Below are positions 27,367-35,812 of a stretch of DNA of 64,000 nt, one piece after another. This DNA comes from Burkholderiaceae bacterium (GTDB lineage Bacteria; Pseudomonadota; Gammaproteobacteria; Burkholderiales; Burkholderiaceae_F): positions 8,912 to 72,911 of the forward strand of contig DASZFP010000022.1 in the NCBI GenBank assembly GCA_035939615.1, in the 5' to 3' direction. A model generated the notes under the pieces. The model did not search any database. It was not told where the DNA came from and saw only the letters and a program-made list of their open reading frames with translations. Numbering within the stretch: the first letter of the stretch is position 1; each line of letters starts with the position of its first letter. Both the position numbers and the translations under genes were made by a program.

Positions 27367-29528
27367 ATTTGATATCCGGAATGACGAAAGGGGTATCACG
27401 GTCCTCGCCGGATCCAGCCGGCACGGGGCTGCGAGCCCCGTTCATCCTGGTCGTGGTCGCCGTCTGCGGAGCGGTCTGGACCTCGGCCCTGCTGGACACC
27501 TACCACCATCGAGCGATCGTGCTGGATCTGGCCGACCGCCAGCACGACAACGTGGCCCATGCGCTGGCCGAGCAAAGTGCGCGGGCGCTGCAGGCGATCG
27601 ACCTGATCCTTCGACAGGCCGAGCTGCGCGATCCGGGCGGCGCGCCGACGGCGGCCGACCGGCAGCGCATCCCGGATCTGCTGCGGATCCAGGTGAGCGG
27701 CGTGCCGCAGGTGCAGGGCCTGTTTCTGTTCGATCCGGCGCGGCGCATGTACCTGGCGTCCCTTCCGGGACCGGCCTACCTGGATCTGTCCGATCGGTCC
27801 TATTTCGCCGTTCAGGCCGCGAGCAGGGATGCGGGCACGTTCGTCAGCGAGCCCCTGGTCAGCCGCACCATCGGCAACACCACCTTCGTGCTCAGCCGTC
27901 GCCTGCCGGGCGATCGCTTCCGCGGCATCGTCGCCGCTTCGGTGCGCGCCGATTATTTCCGCAAGTTCTACCGAGGACTCGATTTCGGCCCTGGCAGCAC
28001 GATCGATCTGCTGCGCTCCGACGGTGTGCTGCTGGTCAGTCGCGATGGCGAATCGATCAGCACGGCGCCGCCGGCGCTGGCCGAGGCGGTGCGCGCGATG
28101 GCAAGCTCGGGCCAGTCGCGCCCGACCAGCGTGACGCTCGACGATCCGCGCATCGGACGCTCCCACGTCAGCCTGTGCCCCGTGCCGGGGTACCCGGTAG
28201 TGGTCGCCGTAGCGCGCAACGAGGCGACGCTGCTGCAGCGCTGGATCCAGGATGCGTGGAAGAACGCCGCCCGCACGTTCGCGATCACGGCGCTGGCGGC
28301 GATGCTGCTGGTCGCCTTCCTGCTGCAGTTGCGGCGGCGCGAGCGGCTGGCCGCGCATCTGCACCAGTCGCAGAAGCTCGAGGCGCTGGGGACGCTGGCC
28401 GGCGGGATCGCGCACGACTTCAACAACATCCTGGGCGCCATCCTGGGCTACGGCGAGCTCGCGCAGCAGGATGCGGCGCCGGGCAGCTCGCAGCGCCGTT
28501 ATGTCGACAACATCGTGCTGGCGGCCAACCGTGCCCGCGATCTGGTCGCGCGCATTCTGGCGTTCAGCCGGCCCGGCATCAACGCGCCGCGCCCGATCGT
28601 GCTGGAGCAGGTCGTGCGCGAAGCGATCGAGCTCACGCGCCCATCGCTGCCGCCCGAGGTTCAGATCGATACGCACCTTTCCGCCGGCCCCACGGTCGTG
28701 CTGGGCGATGCGGCCCAGCTTCACCAGGTCGTCGGAAACCTGCTGTCCAACGCCGTGCAGGCGGTCGACGGCTGCGGGCGCGTGGCGGTGGTGATCGAGG
28801 CGGTACAGATCGAGGCCGAGCGCGACCTGGCGGTGGGACGGCTGCGGCCCGGCCGCTACGGGCTGGTGCAGGTGACCGATACGGGACGCGGTATCCCGGC
28901 CGACGTGCTGGGCCGCATGTTCGATCCGTTCTTCACGACCAAGCCGGCGGGCGTGGGTACCGGCCTGGGCCTGTCGCTGGTGCACGCGAGCGTGCTGGAC
29001 CACAACGGCGCGATCGCCGTCCGGAGCAGCCCGGGCATGGGAACCGAGTTTCGCATCTACCTGCCGCTGACCGATCAGAGGCCGCCTGTGGAGTTGGAGC
29101 AGGCAGCGGCCGCGCCGGGCCACGGCGAGGCGATCCTGGTGGTGGACGACGAACCGGTGCTGGTGCAGCTGGCCGAGGAAGTGCTGGCGTCCATCGGCTA
29201 CGAACCCGTAGGATGCGTGGGGGCGCAGCAGGCGCTGGAGGTGTTTTGCGCCGACCCGATGCGGTTCGACGCGCTGCTGACGGATGTCGTGATGTCGGGA
29301 ATGGGTGGGCCGGAGCTGGCGTTGGAGCTGCGCAAGCTCAATGCCCAGCTTCCGGTGATCCTGATGAGCGGTTTTTGCGGGGCGAACCTGAAGGCGCGCG
29401 CGGCGGCGGTCGATGCGCGAGCCATTTTGCTCAAACCGCTGAAAGCCGCCCAGGTGGCCGAGTGTCTGGCGGCGGTGCTTGCGCGCCAGCCTGGTATCGA
29501 ACAGGCCGACGACGTGGTTCACGCCTGA
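27363..29528 (+). CDS. Hybrid sensor histidine kinase (Cache-like periplasmic domain, HisKA, HATPase_c, C-terminal receiver)
   Basis: DRSYFAVQAA...SEPLVSRTIGNTTFVLSRRL (Cache-like). H-box GGIAHDFNNIL. N/G boxes (LLSNAVQA, DTGRGI, GTGLGLS). Receiver ILVVDDE...LLTDVVMSGMGG...KP. Confidence 0.9.
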   Translation: MNLISGMTKGVSRSSPDPAGTGLRAPFILVVVAVCGAVWTSALLDTYHHRAIVLDLADRQHDNVAHALAEQSARALQAIDLILRQAELRDPGGAPTAADRQRIPDLLRIQVSGVPQVQGLFLFDPARRMYLASLPGPAYLDLSDRSYFAVQAASRDAGTFVSEPLVSRTIGNTTFVLSRRLPGDRFRGIVAASVRADYFRKFYRGLDFGPGSTIDLLRSDGVLLVSRDGESISTAPPALAEAVRAMASSGQSRPTSVTLDDPRIGRSHVSLCPVPGYPVVVAVARNEATLLQRWIQDAWKNAARTFAITALAAMLLVAFLLQLRRRERLAAHLHQSQKLEALGTLAGGIAHDFNNILGAILGYGELAQQDAAPGSSQRRYVDNIVLAANRARDLVARILAFSRPGINAPRPIVLEQVVREAIELTRPSLPPEVQIDTHLSAGPTVVLGDAAQLHQVVGNLLSNAVQAVDGCGRVAVVIEAVQIEAERDLAVGRLRPGRYGLVQVTDTGRGIPADVLGRMFDPFFTTKPAGVGTGLGLSLVHASVLDHNGAIAVRSSPGMGTEFRIYLPLTDQRPPVELEQAAAAPGHGEAILVVDDEPVLVQLAEEVLASIGYEPVGCVGAQQALEVFCADPMRFDALLTDVVMSGMGGPELALELRKLNAQLPVILMSGFCGANLKARAAAVDARAILLKPLKAAQVAECLAAVLARQPGIEQADDVVHA

Positions 29529-29628
29529 CCGGCACGGCTCGCCCAGTCTTGGTAGTCCGCACGTTGGCGCAGCACCGCGGTCATATTCTGCCGATACTTT
29601 GGATCTTCCTGGATGAACGGAGCCCGTC

Positions 29629-30633
29629 ATGCCGCCGATCGAGCACGTGGTCGTCATCGTGAAGGAAAACCACACGTTCGATAACTACTTCGGCAGCTTT
29701 CCAGGCGCGAATGGCGTCACCCTGCCTGCGGCGGCAGACCCGCATGCCGACCAGAATCACGATCACGCCGCCTGGCTGGCCGCGGTCAAAGGCGCCGGCG
29801 GCGTCAAAATGCAGTACGGACCGAAGAACATTCCTGCCACCTGGGCGCTGGCCCAACAGTACGCGCTGTGCGACCAGTACTTCACCGACGTCGGGACCGA
29901 GTCCGAGCCGAACCACCTGTTCCTGATCGCGGCCGACTCGCCGCTCATCGACAATACGAGCGCCAAGCGCACCTTTCAACCGTCGCCGCCGTACGATCTG
30001 CAGAGCCTGCCGGCTGTGCTGCAGCAGCATGGACGTCAATGGCGCAACTACGCGGACACCAATTCGTCGTATTTCACGCACATCAAGGCGCTCAAGGGCA
30101 ACGCCTGGAACGTGACGTCGGCGCAGTTCGACGCCGACGTGAAAAAGGGCTTCTTGCCGGACGTCGCCTGGCTGTATGCCCCGTATGCCCAGAGCGAGCA
30201 TCCGGGCGGCGCCAGAACCGTCGCGGAAGGCGACGCCTGGACGCGCCAGCGTGTCCAGGCGGTGGCGCAGAGCGCGCTGTGGCCCAGCACGGCAGTGATC
30301 ATCACGTGGGACGATTGGGGCGGATGGTACGACCACGTCGCGGCGCCCAAGCAGTCGACCTGGGCCGGCCAGGGACCGACCGGCTACCACGGCTCGCAGT
30401 TCCGCTACGGCTACCGGGTGCCGTGCGTGGTGGTCAGTCCGTACGCCCGGCGGCAGATCGTCAGCCGCATGTATTCGCACGCGAGCGTCGTGAAGCTGTG
30501 CCTGCGCCTGTTCGGACTGCCGGCCTGGAGCGCGCCGGCGCTGCAGGCGGGCGATCCTTCGGGCGATCTTTGGGAGTGCTTCGACTTCCAGTCGCCCCCG
30601 CGCCTGGCCGTGCCGGGGTTCGTTCCGGCGTGA
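29629..30633 (+). CDS. Phosphoesterase-family protein (PLC/AcpA-type), short and without a signal peptide
   Basis: IEHVVVIVKENHTFDNYFG is the hallmark N-terminal strand of the phosphoesterase family, and GYRVPCVVVSPYA is present near the C-terminus. An in-frame TGA at 29614 excludes a longer N-terminus. SD ggag is 6 nt upstream. Confidence 0.8.
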   Translation: MPPIEHVVVIVKENHTFDNYFGSFPGANGVTLPAAADPHADQNHDHAAWLAAVKGAGGVKMQYGPKNIPATWALAQQYALCDQYFTDVGTESEPNHLFLIAADSPLIDNTSAKRTFQPSPPYDLQSLPAVLQQHGRQWRNYADTNSSYFTHIKALKGNAWNVTSAQFDADVKKGFLPDVAWLYAPYAQSEHPGGARTVAEGDAWTRQRVQAVAQSALWPSTAVIITWDDWGGWYDHVAAPKQSTWAGQGPTGYHGSQFRYGYRVPCVVVSPYARRQIVSRMYSHASVVKLCLRLFGLPAWSAPALQAGDPSGDLWECFDFQSPPRLAVPGFVPA

Positions 30634-30646
30634 GGTGCGACCGCGG

Positions 30647-31834
30647 TCAGTGCGCCGGCGTGATCAACGGCCGCACGCTGTCCGCTCCGCGCGCCAGCGT
30701 TTGAAGCCAGGCGAGCTTGGCCGCGTAAAGGTCGTGCTGACCCTGGGAGGCGCTTTTCTGCATCGCCAGCGCGAGCTGGCGGCGCGCCCGCTCGACATCG
30801 CCGAGCTTGTAGTACGCCACACCCAACCAGTAGTGGAACTCCTGGTTGTAGTCGGCGCGTGCGACTTCCTTGGCGAACAGCTTCCTGGCACTTGAAAAAT
30901 CGTTCTGCTGAAACGCCGTCATACCCTGGTTGAAGAAGTAATACGGCGGGTTCGGATCGATCCGCGCCAGGCGCGCGCGCAGCTCGGCTGCCTGCGCCGC
31001 GTCTCCCATTCGGCTGCGCACGTCGGCCAGGTTGGCCAGCACCGACGTGTTGTTGGGCGCCAGCTCCAGCGCATAGGCGAACACGCGGGCCGCCAGCTCG
31101 CGATTGCCGCGGTGCAGATAGACGATGCCCAGCGTGTTGTAGGAGCTGGCGAAGTCGGGGCTGGCCCGGATCGCCCCGCGCGCCCATCCGTACGCATCGT
31201 CCAGCTCGCCGTGCAGCAGCGCCTCGACCGACTTGTTGTTCATGTACATCGCAACGACCATCTGCTCCGAGATCGGCCGGGACGGCAGGCCGCGCACGTC
31301 TTCGGGCGGCAGAAAATCGACGGTCAGCGGGCGTCCCACCTGGCGGGCGGTCACGTCCCAGTCGCGGGCGCCGACGCTGATGTTGACGTGTCCGCTGCCG
31401 AGCAGGAAATCGCCGCTTCGGCTCCACACCTCTTCATAGCCGGCGGCGTTGTATTCGATCGGCAGGCTCAGTTCCTTGGCAAATGCGGCCGTCATGACCA
31501 CCATCGACAGGCAGTTGCCCGCCCGCGCGTTGAACGCCTCGGACGCGTTGCGCGTGGTGGCGGCGTCATAGGACAGTTTCAACTGGTTCTTGCTGTACAG
31601 GGCTTCGAGCAGGCCGTTGGTCGGTCCCGACGCCCGCAACTGCACGGCGATGTCGTGCCGCAGGAACTGCCGCATCGGCTCGCTCAGCGCGAAAAGATCC
31701 TTCGCGCTGAACCGCTCCTCGGGCGCTGCGAACGCGTCATCCTGGAACAGGAACGCCGGCGGCTCGGGCGCCAGTCGTTCACCCGCGCACGCGCTGAGCA
31801 GCGCACACAGCAGGACCGGTACCACAGAGCGCAC
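30647..31834 (-). CDS. Lipoprotein with a transglutaminase-like cysteine-peptidase core and TPR repeats
   Basis: Lipobox LLSAC. GNCLS (Cys) and GSGHVN (His) motifs. C-terminal TPRs. The GTG 31834 start has SD ggaga 6 nt upstream; TTG 31852 is an alternative. The tracked ORF to 32254 is an over-extension. Confidence 0.75.
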   Translation of the reverse strand: MRSVVPVLLCALLSACAGERLAPEPPAFLFQDDAFAAPEERFSAKDLFALSEPMRQFLRHDIAVQLRASGPTNGLLEALYSKNQLKLSYDAATTRNASEAFNARAGNCLSMVVMTAAFAKELSLPIEYNAAGYEEVWSRSGDFLLGSGHVNISVGARDWDVTARQVGRPLTVDFLPPEDVRGLPSRPISEQMVVAMYMNNKSVEALLHGELDDAYGWARGAIRASPDFASSYNTLGIVYLHRGNRELAARVFAYALELAPNNTSVLANLADVRSRMGDAAQAAELRARLARIDPNPPYYFFNQGMTAFQQNDFSSARKLFAKEVARADYNQEFHYWLGVAYYKLGDVERARRQLALAMQKSASQGQHDLYAAKLAWLQTLARGADSVRPLITPAH

Positions 31835-31978
31835 GCGGTTTCTCCGGCTCAAAAGACCCTGTCGAGACCCTGTCGAGCCCAACCGGACGAGGCGCAAAGG
31901 CGCGTCGTCAGACCGGATTTTGCCCCAGAATGGCGCCAAAGTTGCAATTAAGAATGGCCGGCATTCGGGCCAATTCCG

Positions 31979-32018
31979 AGCAGGAGGCCAGGCAAACCAG
32001 CAGGAGGCCAGGCAAACC
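31979..32018 (+). repeat. Perfect tandem duplication of a 20-bp unit carrying an SD-like AGGAGG, immediately upstream of the ORF6N gene
   Basis: agcaggaggccaggcaaacc occurs twice (31979-31998 and 31999-32018). ATG 32021 follows 2 nt later. Confidence 0.95.
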
Positions 32019-32020
32019 TT

Positions 32021-32572
32021 ATGAGCCCTACAAAGCCGCGTGCGGCCCAGCTGGTTGCCGCGTCTCTGGAACACCGGATCCTGACGATTCGGGGCCGCAG
32101 CGTAATGATCGACGCGGACCTGGCCGACCTGTACGGCGTGCAGACGCGGGTGCTGAATCAGGCGGTGCGGCGCAACCAGGAACGGTTTCCGGCCGAATTC
32201 ATGTTCCAGCTGACGAACGCGGAGAAGCAGGAGGTGATCACAAGTTGTGATCACCTGGCCCGGCTGAAGTTCTCAGCGACTCTTCCGTTCGCATTCACCG
32301 AGCACGGCACCCTGATGCTCGGCAATGTGCTCAATTCCGAACGCGCGATCGAGGTGAGCCTGCTGGTCGTGCGCACCTTCGTGTCGATTCGCGAAATGCT
32401 GTCGTCCCACAAGGATCTGGCGGCCAAGCTGAACGAGCTCGAGGGACGGGTAGGGGGCCGTGACGAGGCGATCGCGGACCTGATCGACGCGATCCGGCGC
32501 CTGGCGGCTCCCCCCGTGCGCAAGAGCCGGCCGATCGGATTCACGGCCGACCTGGAAGGCAAAAAACGCTAG
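32021..32572 (+). CDS. ORF6N-domain (KilA-N-related) DNA-binding protein
   Basis: ILTIRGRSVMIDADLADLYGVQTRVLNQAVRRNQERFPAEFMFQLT is the characteristic ORF6N signature. A coiled-coil C-terminus follows. Confidence 0.8.
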   Translation: MSPTKPRAAQLVAASLEHRILTIRGRSVMIDADLADLYGVQTRVLNQAVRRNQERFPAEFMFQLTNAEKQEVITSCDHLARLKFSATLPFAFTEHGTLMLGNVLNSERAIEVSLLVVRTFVSIREMLSSHKDLAAKLNELEGRVGGRDEAIADLIDAIRRLAAPPVRKSRPIGFTADLEGKKR

Positions 32573-32582
32573 CGATCGTTCG

Positions 32583-32609
32583 CCCCTCGCCCGCGCAGCG
32601 GGAGAGGGG
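32583..32609. terminator. REP-like hairpin between the convergent ORF6N gene and dps
   Basis: cccctcgcccgc - gca - gcgggagagggg, a 12-bp stem with one mismatch. Confidence 0.4.
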
Positions 32610-32635
32610 CCAGGGTGAGGGCTGGCAGCGCCGAC

Positions 32636-33166
32636 TTAGCGCGACGCCGTCTCCGCCGGGCGGCTCGCCTCGAACAGGAACCAGGTGCGGCGCTCGGCCT
32701 CGTCGATCCAGACCTCCAGCAAACTGGCGGTGGCCACGTCGCCGTACTCTTCGCACACGTTGTGCGTCTCGCGCATCCGCGCGGCCAGCCGCTGGTTGTC
32801 CTCGCGCAGCTCGGCCAGCATGTCCAGCGGTGTGACGAAGTCGGCGTCGTTGTCCAGCACACGCTGCAGGCGCCCGATATGGCTGATCGAGCGCAGCGTG
32901 GTTCCGCCCAGCTTGCGCACTCGCTCGGCGATCGGGTCGGTCGTCGCGTACAGCTGGTCGGCGTGCTCGTCCAGCAGCAGGTGATAGTCGCGGAAGTGCG
33001 GGCCGGAAACGTGCCAGTGGAAGTTCTTCGTCTTCAGGTAGAGCGCGAAAAAATCTGCCACCAGCGCATTGAGCGCGCCCGAGATGTCGCGCGTGGCTTC
33101 GGCCCCGAGACCCTTCGGTGTGTCCAGTGCCGCGGTCCGGTGCGGGGTAGAGCTCTTCACGTTCAT
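32636..33166 (-). CDS. dps: Dps-family DNA-protecting ferritin-like protein
   Basis: SD gggagg. LKTKNFHWHVSGPHFRDYHLLLDEH ferroxidase-site signature. Confidence 0.9.
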   Translation of the reverse strand: MNVKSSTPHRTAALDTPKGLGAEATRDISGALNALVADFFALYLKTKNFHWHVSGPHFRDYHLLLDEHADQLYATTDPIAERVRKLGGTTLRSISHIGRLQRVLDNDADFVTPLDMLAELREDNQRLAARMRETHNVCEEYGDVATASLLEVWIDEAERRTWFLFEASRPAETASR

Positions 33167-33308
33167 TGCTTGGACCTCCCTTTGCGAGGATCGCATCATC
33201 CCATGCCCGCGTGGCGCGCCGTTCGCGCTAAATTGGTAATCGGCCCCTCCACTGCTGGGGATTTGCGGGGACGCATCGACATGCAAAGCCGCTAGACTCG
33301 GTGGCGTG

Positions 33309-34253
33309 ATGAAGATTCTGGTCGTCGGCGCCGGGGCGATCGGCGCATATTTTGGCGCCCGCCTGCTCGAGGCCGGCGTGGACACGACCTTTCTGGTGCG
33401 GCCGAAGCGCCAGGCGCAGTTGCGGGCGGGACTTTTCGTGCGCAGCCCCCACGGCGACATCCGGCTGCCAGCGCCCCCGACCGTCACGGCTGAGCGGGTG
33501 CAGAAGGGATTCGGTCTCGTCCTGCTCAGCTGCAAGGCCTATGACCTGCCCGGCGCGATCGAATCCTTGGCGCCGGCCGTCGATGCCGGCACGGCGATAT
33601 TGCCTTTGCTGAACGGGATGCGTCATCTGGACGCGTTGACGGAGCGCTTCGGGCCGGAGCGGATCCTGGGAGGGCTGTGCCTGATCGCGGCGACCCTCGG
33701 GGAAGACGGCAGCGTGATTCACTTGAACGACAACCATGCGATCTCGTTCGGGGAACTCGCCGGCGCGCGCACGCCGCGCGCCGAGACGATCGAGGCGCTG
33801 CTGGCCAAGGCCAAGTTCCAATCCAGGCTGAGCGAGACGATCGTCCAGGAGATGTGGGAGAAGTGGGTGTTCATCGCCGCGCTGGCCGGGTCGACCTGCT
33901 TGATGCGCGCCGCGGTCGGCGACATCGTTCGAAGCGGCAACGCGGAGCTGCTGCGGCGAATGCTGAGCGAATGCGCGCAGATTGCCGCCTCGCGGGGATT
34001 TGCGCCCCGCCCGCAGGCGATGGCGCGGGCCGAGGCCTTTCTGACGGATGCCGATTCGACGTTGACCGCTTCGATGATGCGCGACCTCGAACACGGCGCC
34101 AGGACCGAGGCCGATCACATCCTCGGCGATCTGCTGGCCCGCCGCGGTCCGCCCGCGGCGGACCTGTCGCTGCTGGACGTTGCCTTCGCCCAGCTCAAGA
34201 GCAACGAGTTGCGGCGGACGCGCGAAGTCGCCGCCACCCGCGCGCCGCAATAG
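33309..34253 (+). CDS. panE: 2-dehydropantoate 2-reductase (ApbA/PanE family)
   Basis: KILVVGAGAIGAYFG Rossmann motif, LNGM, and the C-terminal ApbA_C pattern (SMMRDLEHGARTEADHILG). Confidence 0.8.
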   Translation: MKILVVGAGAIGAYFGARLLEAGVDTTFLVRPKRQAQLRAGLFVRSPHGDIRLPAPPTVTAERVQKGFGLVLLSCKAYDLPGAIESLAPAVDAGTAILPLLNGMRHLDALTERFGPERILGGLCLIAATLGEDGSVIHLNDNHAISFGELAGARTPRAETIEALLAKAKFQSRLSETIVQEMWEKWVFIAALAGSTCLMRAAVGDIVRSGNAELLRRMLSECAQIAASRGFAPRPQAMARAEAFLTDADSTLTASMMRDLEHGARTEADHILGDLLARRGPPAADLSLLDVAFAQLKSNELRRTREVAATRAPQ

Positions 34254-34264
34254 CAGCCGACCCA

Positions 34265-35071
34265 GTGGCCACCCAACTTCATCCGGCAAAGAAGATCTAC
34301 CCCGGCCGCGGCGACCCGATCCGGATCGTTCCGCTGAGCCTGCCCGATGCGGTGCACCGGCCGACACCGGAGGCCGCGGCCGCCGGCGCGGCTGCGGCGC
34401 CGCGACTGACCTACCGCAACGGGCCGTTGCTGGAGGCGGTGGAAGTGTTCACGATCTTCTGGGGAACCGACTGGCAGAGCGCGGGCAACGCGGCGCTGTC
34501 CTCGCAGATCAACCAGTTCTTCGACTACATCCTGACCAGTGCCCTGATCGACCAGCTGTCCGAGTACAACGCGCCGGGGTGGACCATCGGGCACGGCAAA
34601 CACACCGGCACCCTGGTGCTCACCGAACCGGTGCTGAAGCAGTCGGTGTCCGACACGGCGATCCAGCACACGCTGCAGCAGCAGATCGCGTCCAATTCGG
34701 CGGTGCCGCCGCCCGGGCCCAACGCGCTCTACTTCATCTATCTTCCCCCGGGGGTGCGCGCCGTCCAGGGCGGCTCGGCTTCCTGCCAGGCCTTTTGCGG
34801 CTATCACAACGACATCTCCGGCCAGATCTTCTACGCGGTGGTGCCGTATCCGGGATGCAGCGGCTGCACCGGCGGCCTGTCGGTATTCGAGGCGATCACG
34901 TCCGTGAGCTCGCACGAACTGTGCGAAGCGATCACCGATCCGATTCCGGGGCAGGGCTGGTACGACGACACCAACGGGGAAATCGGCGACATCTGCGCCT
35001 GGAAGACCAAACAGCTGGGCGCGTACACCGTTCAGCTGGAGTGGTCCAACCAGGCCAATCAATGCCGGTAG
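34265..35071 (+). CDS. Cys-rich hypothetical protein resembling the EXORDIUM / phosphate-induced protein 1 (Phi_1) family
   Basis: LTYRNGPLLEAVEVFTIFWG, YFIYLPPGV...CQAFCGYH, FYAVVPYPGCSGC and HELCEAITDP...GWY parallel my recollection of the plant EXO/PHI-1 blocks (LTYHGGPLL..liWYG, FC..RCG.HG, AY.WVGN...CPG.C, AG..TNP..nGyy). The GTG 34265 start is tentative and no signal peptide is seen. Confidence 0.55.
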   Translation: MATQLHPAKKIYPGRGDPIRIVPLSLPDAVHRPTPEAAAAGAAAAPRLTYRNGPLLEAVEVFTIFWGTDWQSAGNAALSSQINQFFDYILTSALIDQLSEYNAPGWTIGHGKHTGTLVLTEPVLKQSVSDTAIQHTLQQQIASNSAVPPPGPNALYFIYLPPGVRAVQGGSASCQAFCGYHNDISGQIFYAVVPYPGCSGCTGGLSVFEAITSVSSHELCEAITDPIPGQGWYDDTNGEIGDICAWKTKQLGAYTVQLEWSNQANQCR

Positions 35072-35775
35072 GTTGGGGCAGCTCCGCCTTCGCCGAGGCT
35101 CCCTCCTTCGCCAAGGCTACGGAGGGCAAGCCGGCGGACAAGGCCGCCTTCGGCAGCCAGTGGTGTGCGGTCGCCGCGCTGGCCGCCATCGCCGTGTTGC
35201 TTTGGACGCCGGCCCGGGCGGGCGGTTTTCTCGGGATCGACCACCGCTGGAGCTACGATGACAGCGGCGTGTGGAAGCGCAGCAACCAGCTGATCCTGAT
35301 GGATTCGCTGATCGGGGGTGAAATACTGTGCGGCCTGTGGGAGGGCGGCGCCACGCGCATCGGCAACACCTGCTGGCGGGCGATCGACTCGTCGCTGATC
35401 GCAGGCGCCTCGGCGCAGATCCTGAAGTATGTCTTCACGCGGGCGCGGCCAAGGCAGGGCAACGACCCCAACGCATGGTTCCAGGGCGGATCGCACTACA
35501 GCTTTCCGAGCGGGGAGGTCGCGGCCGTGAGCTCGATCGTTACGCCGTTCATCCTCGCGTATCGCAGTGACCAACCGGCGGTGTGGGCGCTGGAGGCGCT
35601 GCCGCTGTATGACGGCATCGCGCGCATGAAGGTGCAGGCGCACTGGCAGACCGACGTGCTGGCCGGATTCGCGATCGGCACCGCGGCCGGCTATTACGCC
35701 TGGCGCCGTGAAAATCCGTTCGTGGTGGGTCTGATGCCGCACGGCATTTACGTCGGGCTCAAGCATCAGCTATGA
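35062..35775 (+). CDS. PAP2-family (type 2 phosphatidic-acid/acid) phosphatase with a REP-encoded N-terminal extension
   Basis: KYVFTRARP, FPSGE and ARMKVQAHWQTD match the three PAP2 motifs. ATG 35062 overlaps the preceding gene by 10 nt. The first ~30 aa are encoded by a REP-like repeat. Confidence 0.8.
   Translation: MPVGWGSSAFAEAPSFAKATEGKPADKAAFGSQWCAVAALAAIAVLLWTPARAGGFLGIDHRWSYDDSGVWKRSNQLILMDSLIGGEILCGLWEGGATRIGNTCWRAIDSSLIAGASAQILKYVFTRARPRQGNDPNAWFQGGSHYSFPSGEVAAVSSIVTPFILAYRSDQPAVWALEALPLYDGIARMKVQAHWQTDVLAGFAIGTAAGYYAWRRENPFVVGLMPHGIYVGLKHQL
35081..35160. repeat. REP-family sequence (ccttcgcc / ggctacggagggcaagcc type) inside the 5' coding part of the PAP2 gene
   Basis: gctccgccttcgccgaggctccctccttcgccaaggctacggagggcaagccggcggacaaggccgccttcgg shares the ccttcgcc and ggctacgg.gggcaagcc cores with the elements at 52623 and 55133. 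Confidence 0.6.
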
Positions 35776-35812
35776 GGCCGGTGCAACGGGCGTATCGCGG
35801 AATCGGGCCGTC

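Noticed and set aside
29555-29580. Pho-box-like GGTCATattcTGCCGAT upstream of the phosphoesterase gene
   Set aside because: Only the first half-site resembles CTGTCAT (5/7). The second half-site matches at 2/7 positions.
30647-32254. Extended 535-aa version of the transglutaminase/TPR lipoprotein ORF
   Set aside because: The extension would overlap the divergent ORF6N gene and bury the lipobox ~140 aa inside the protein. The GTG at 31834 with a good SD gives a normal lipoprotein signal.
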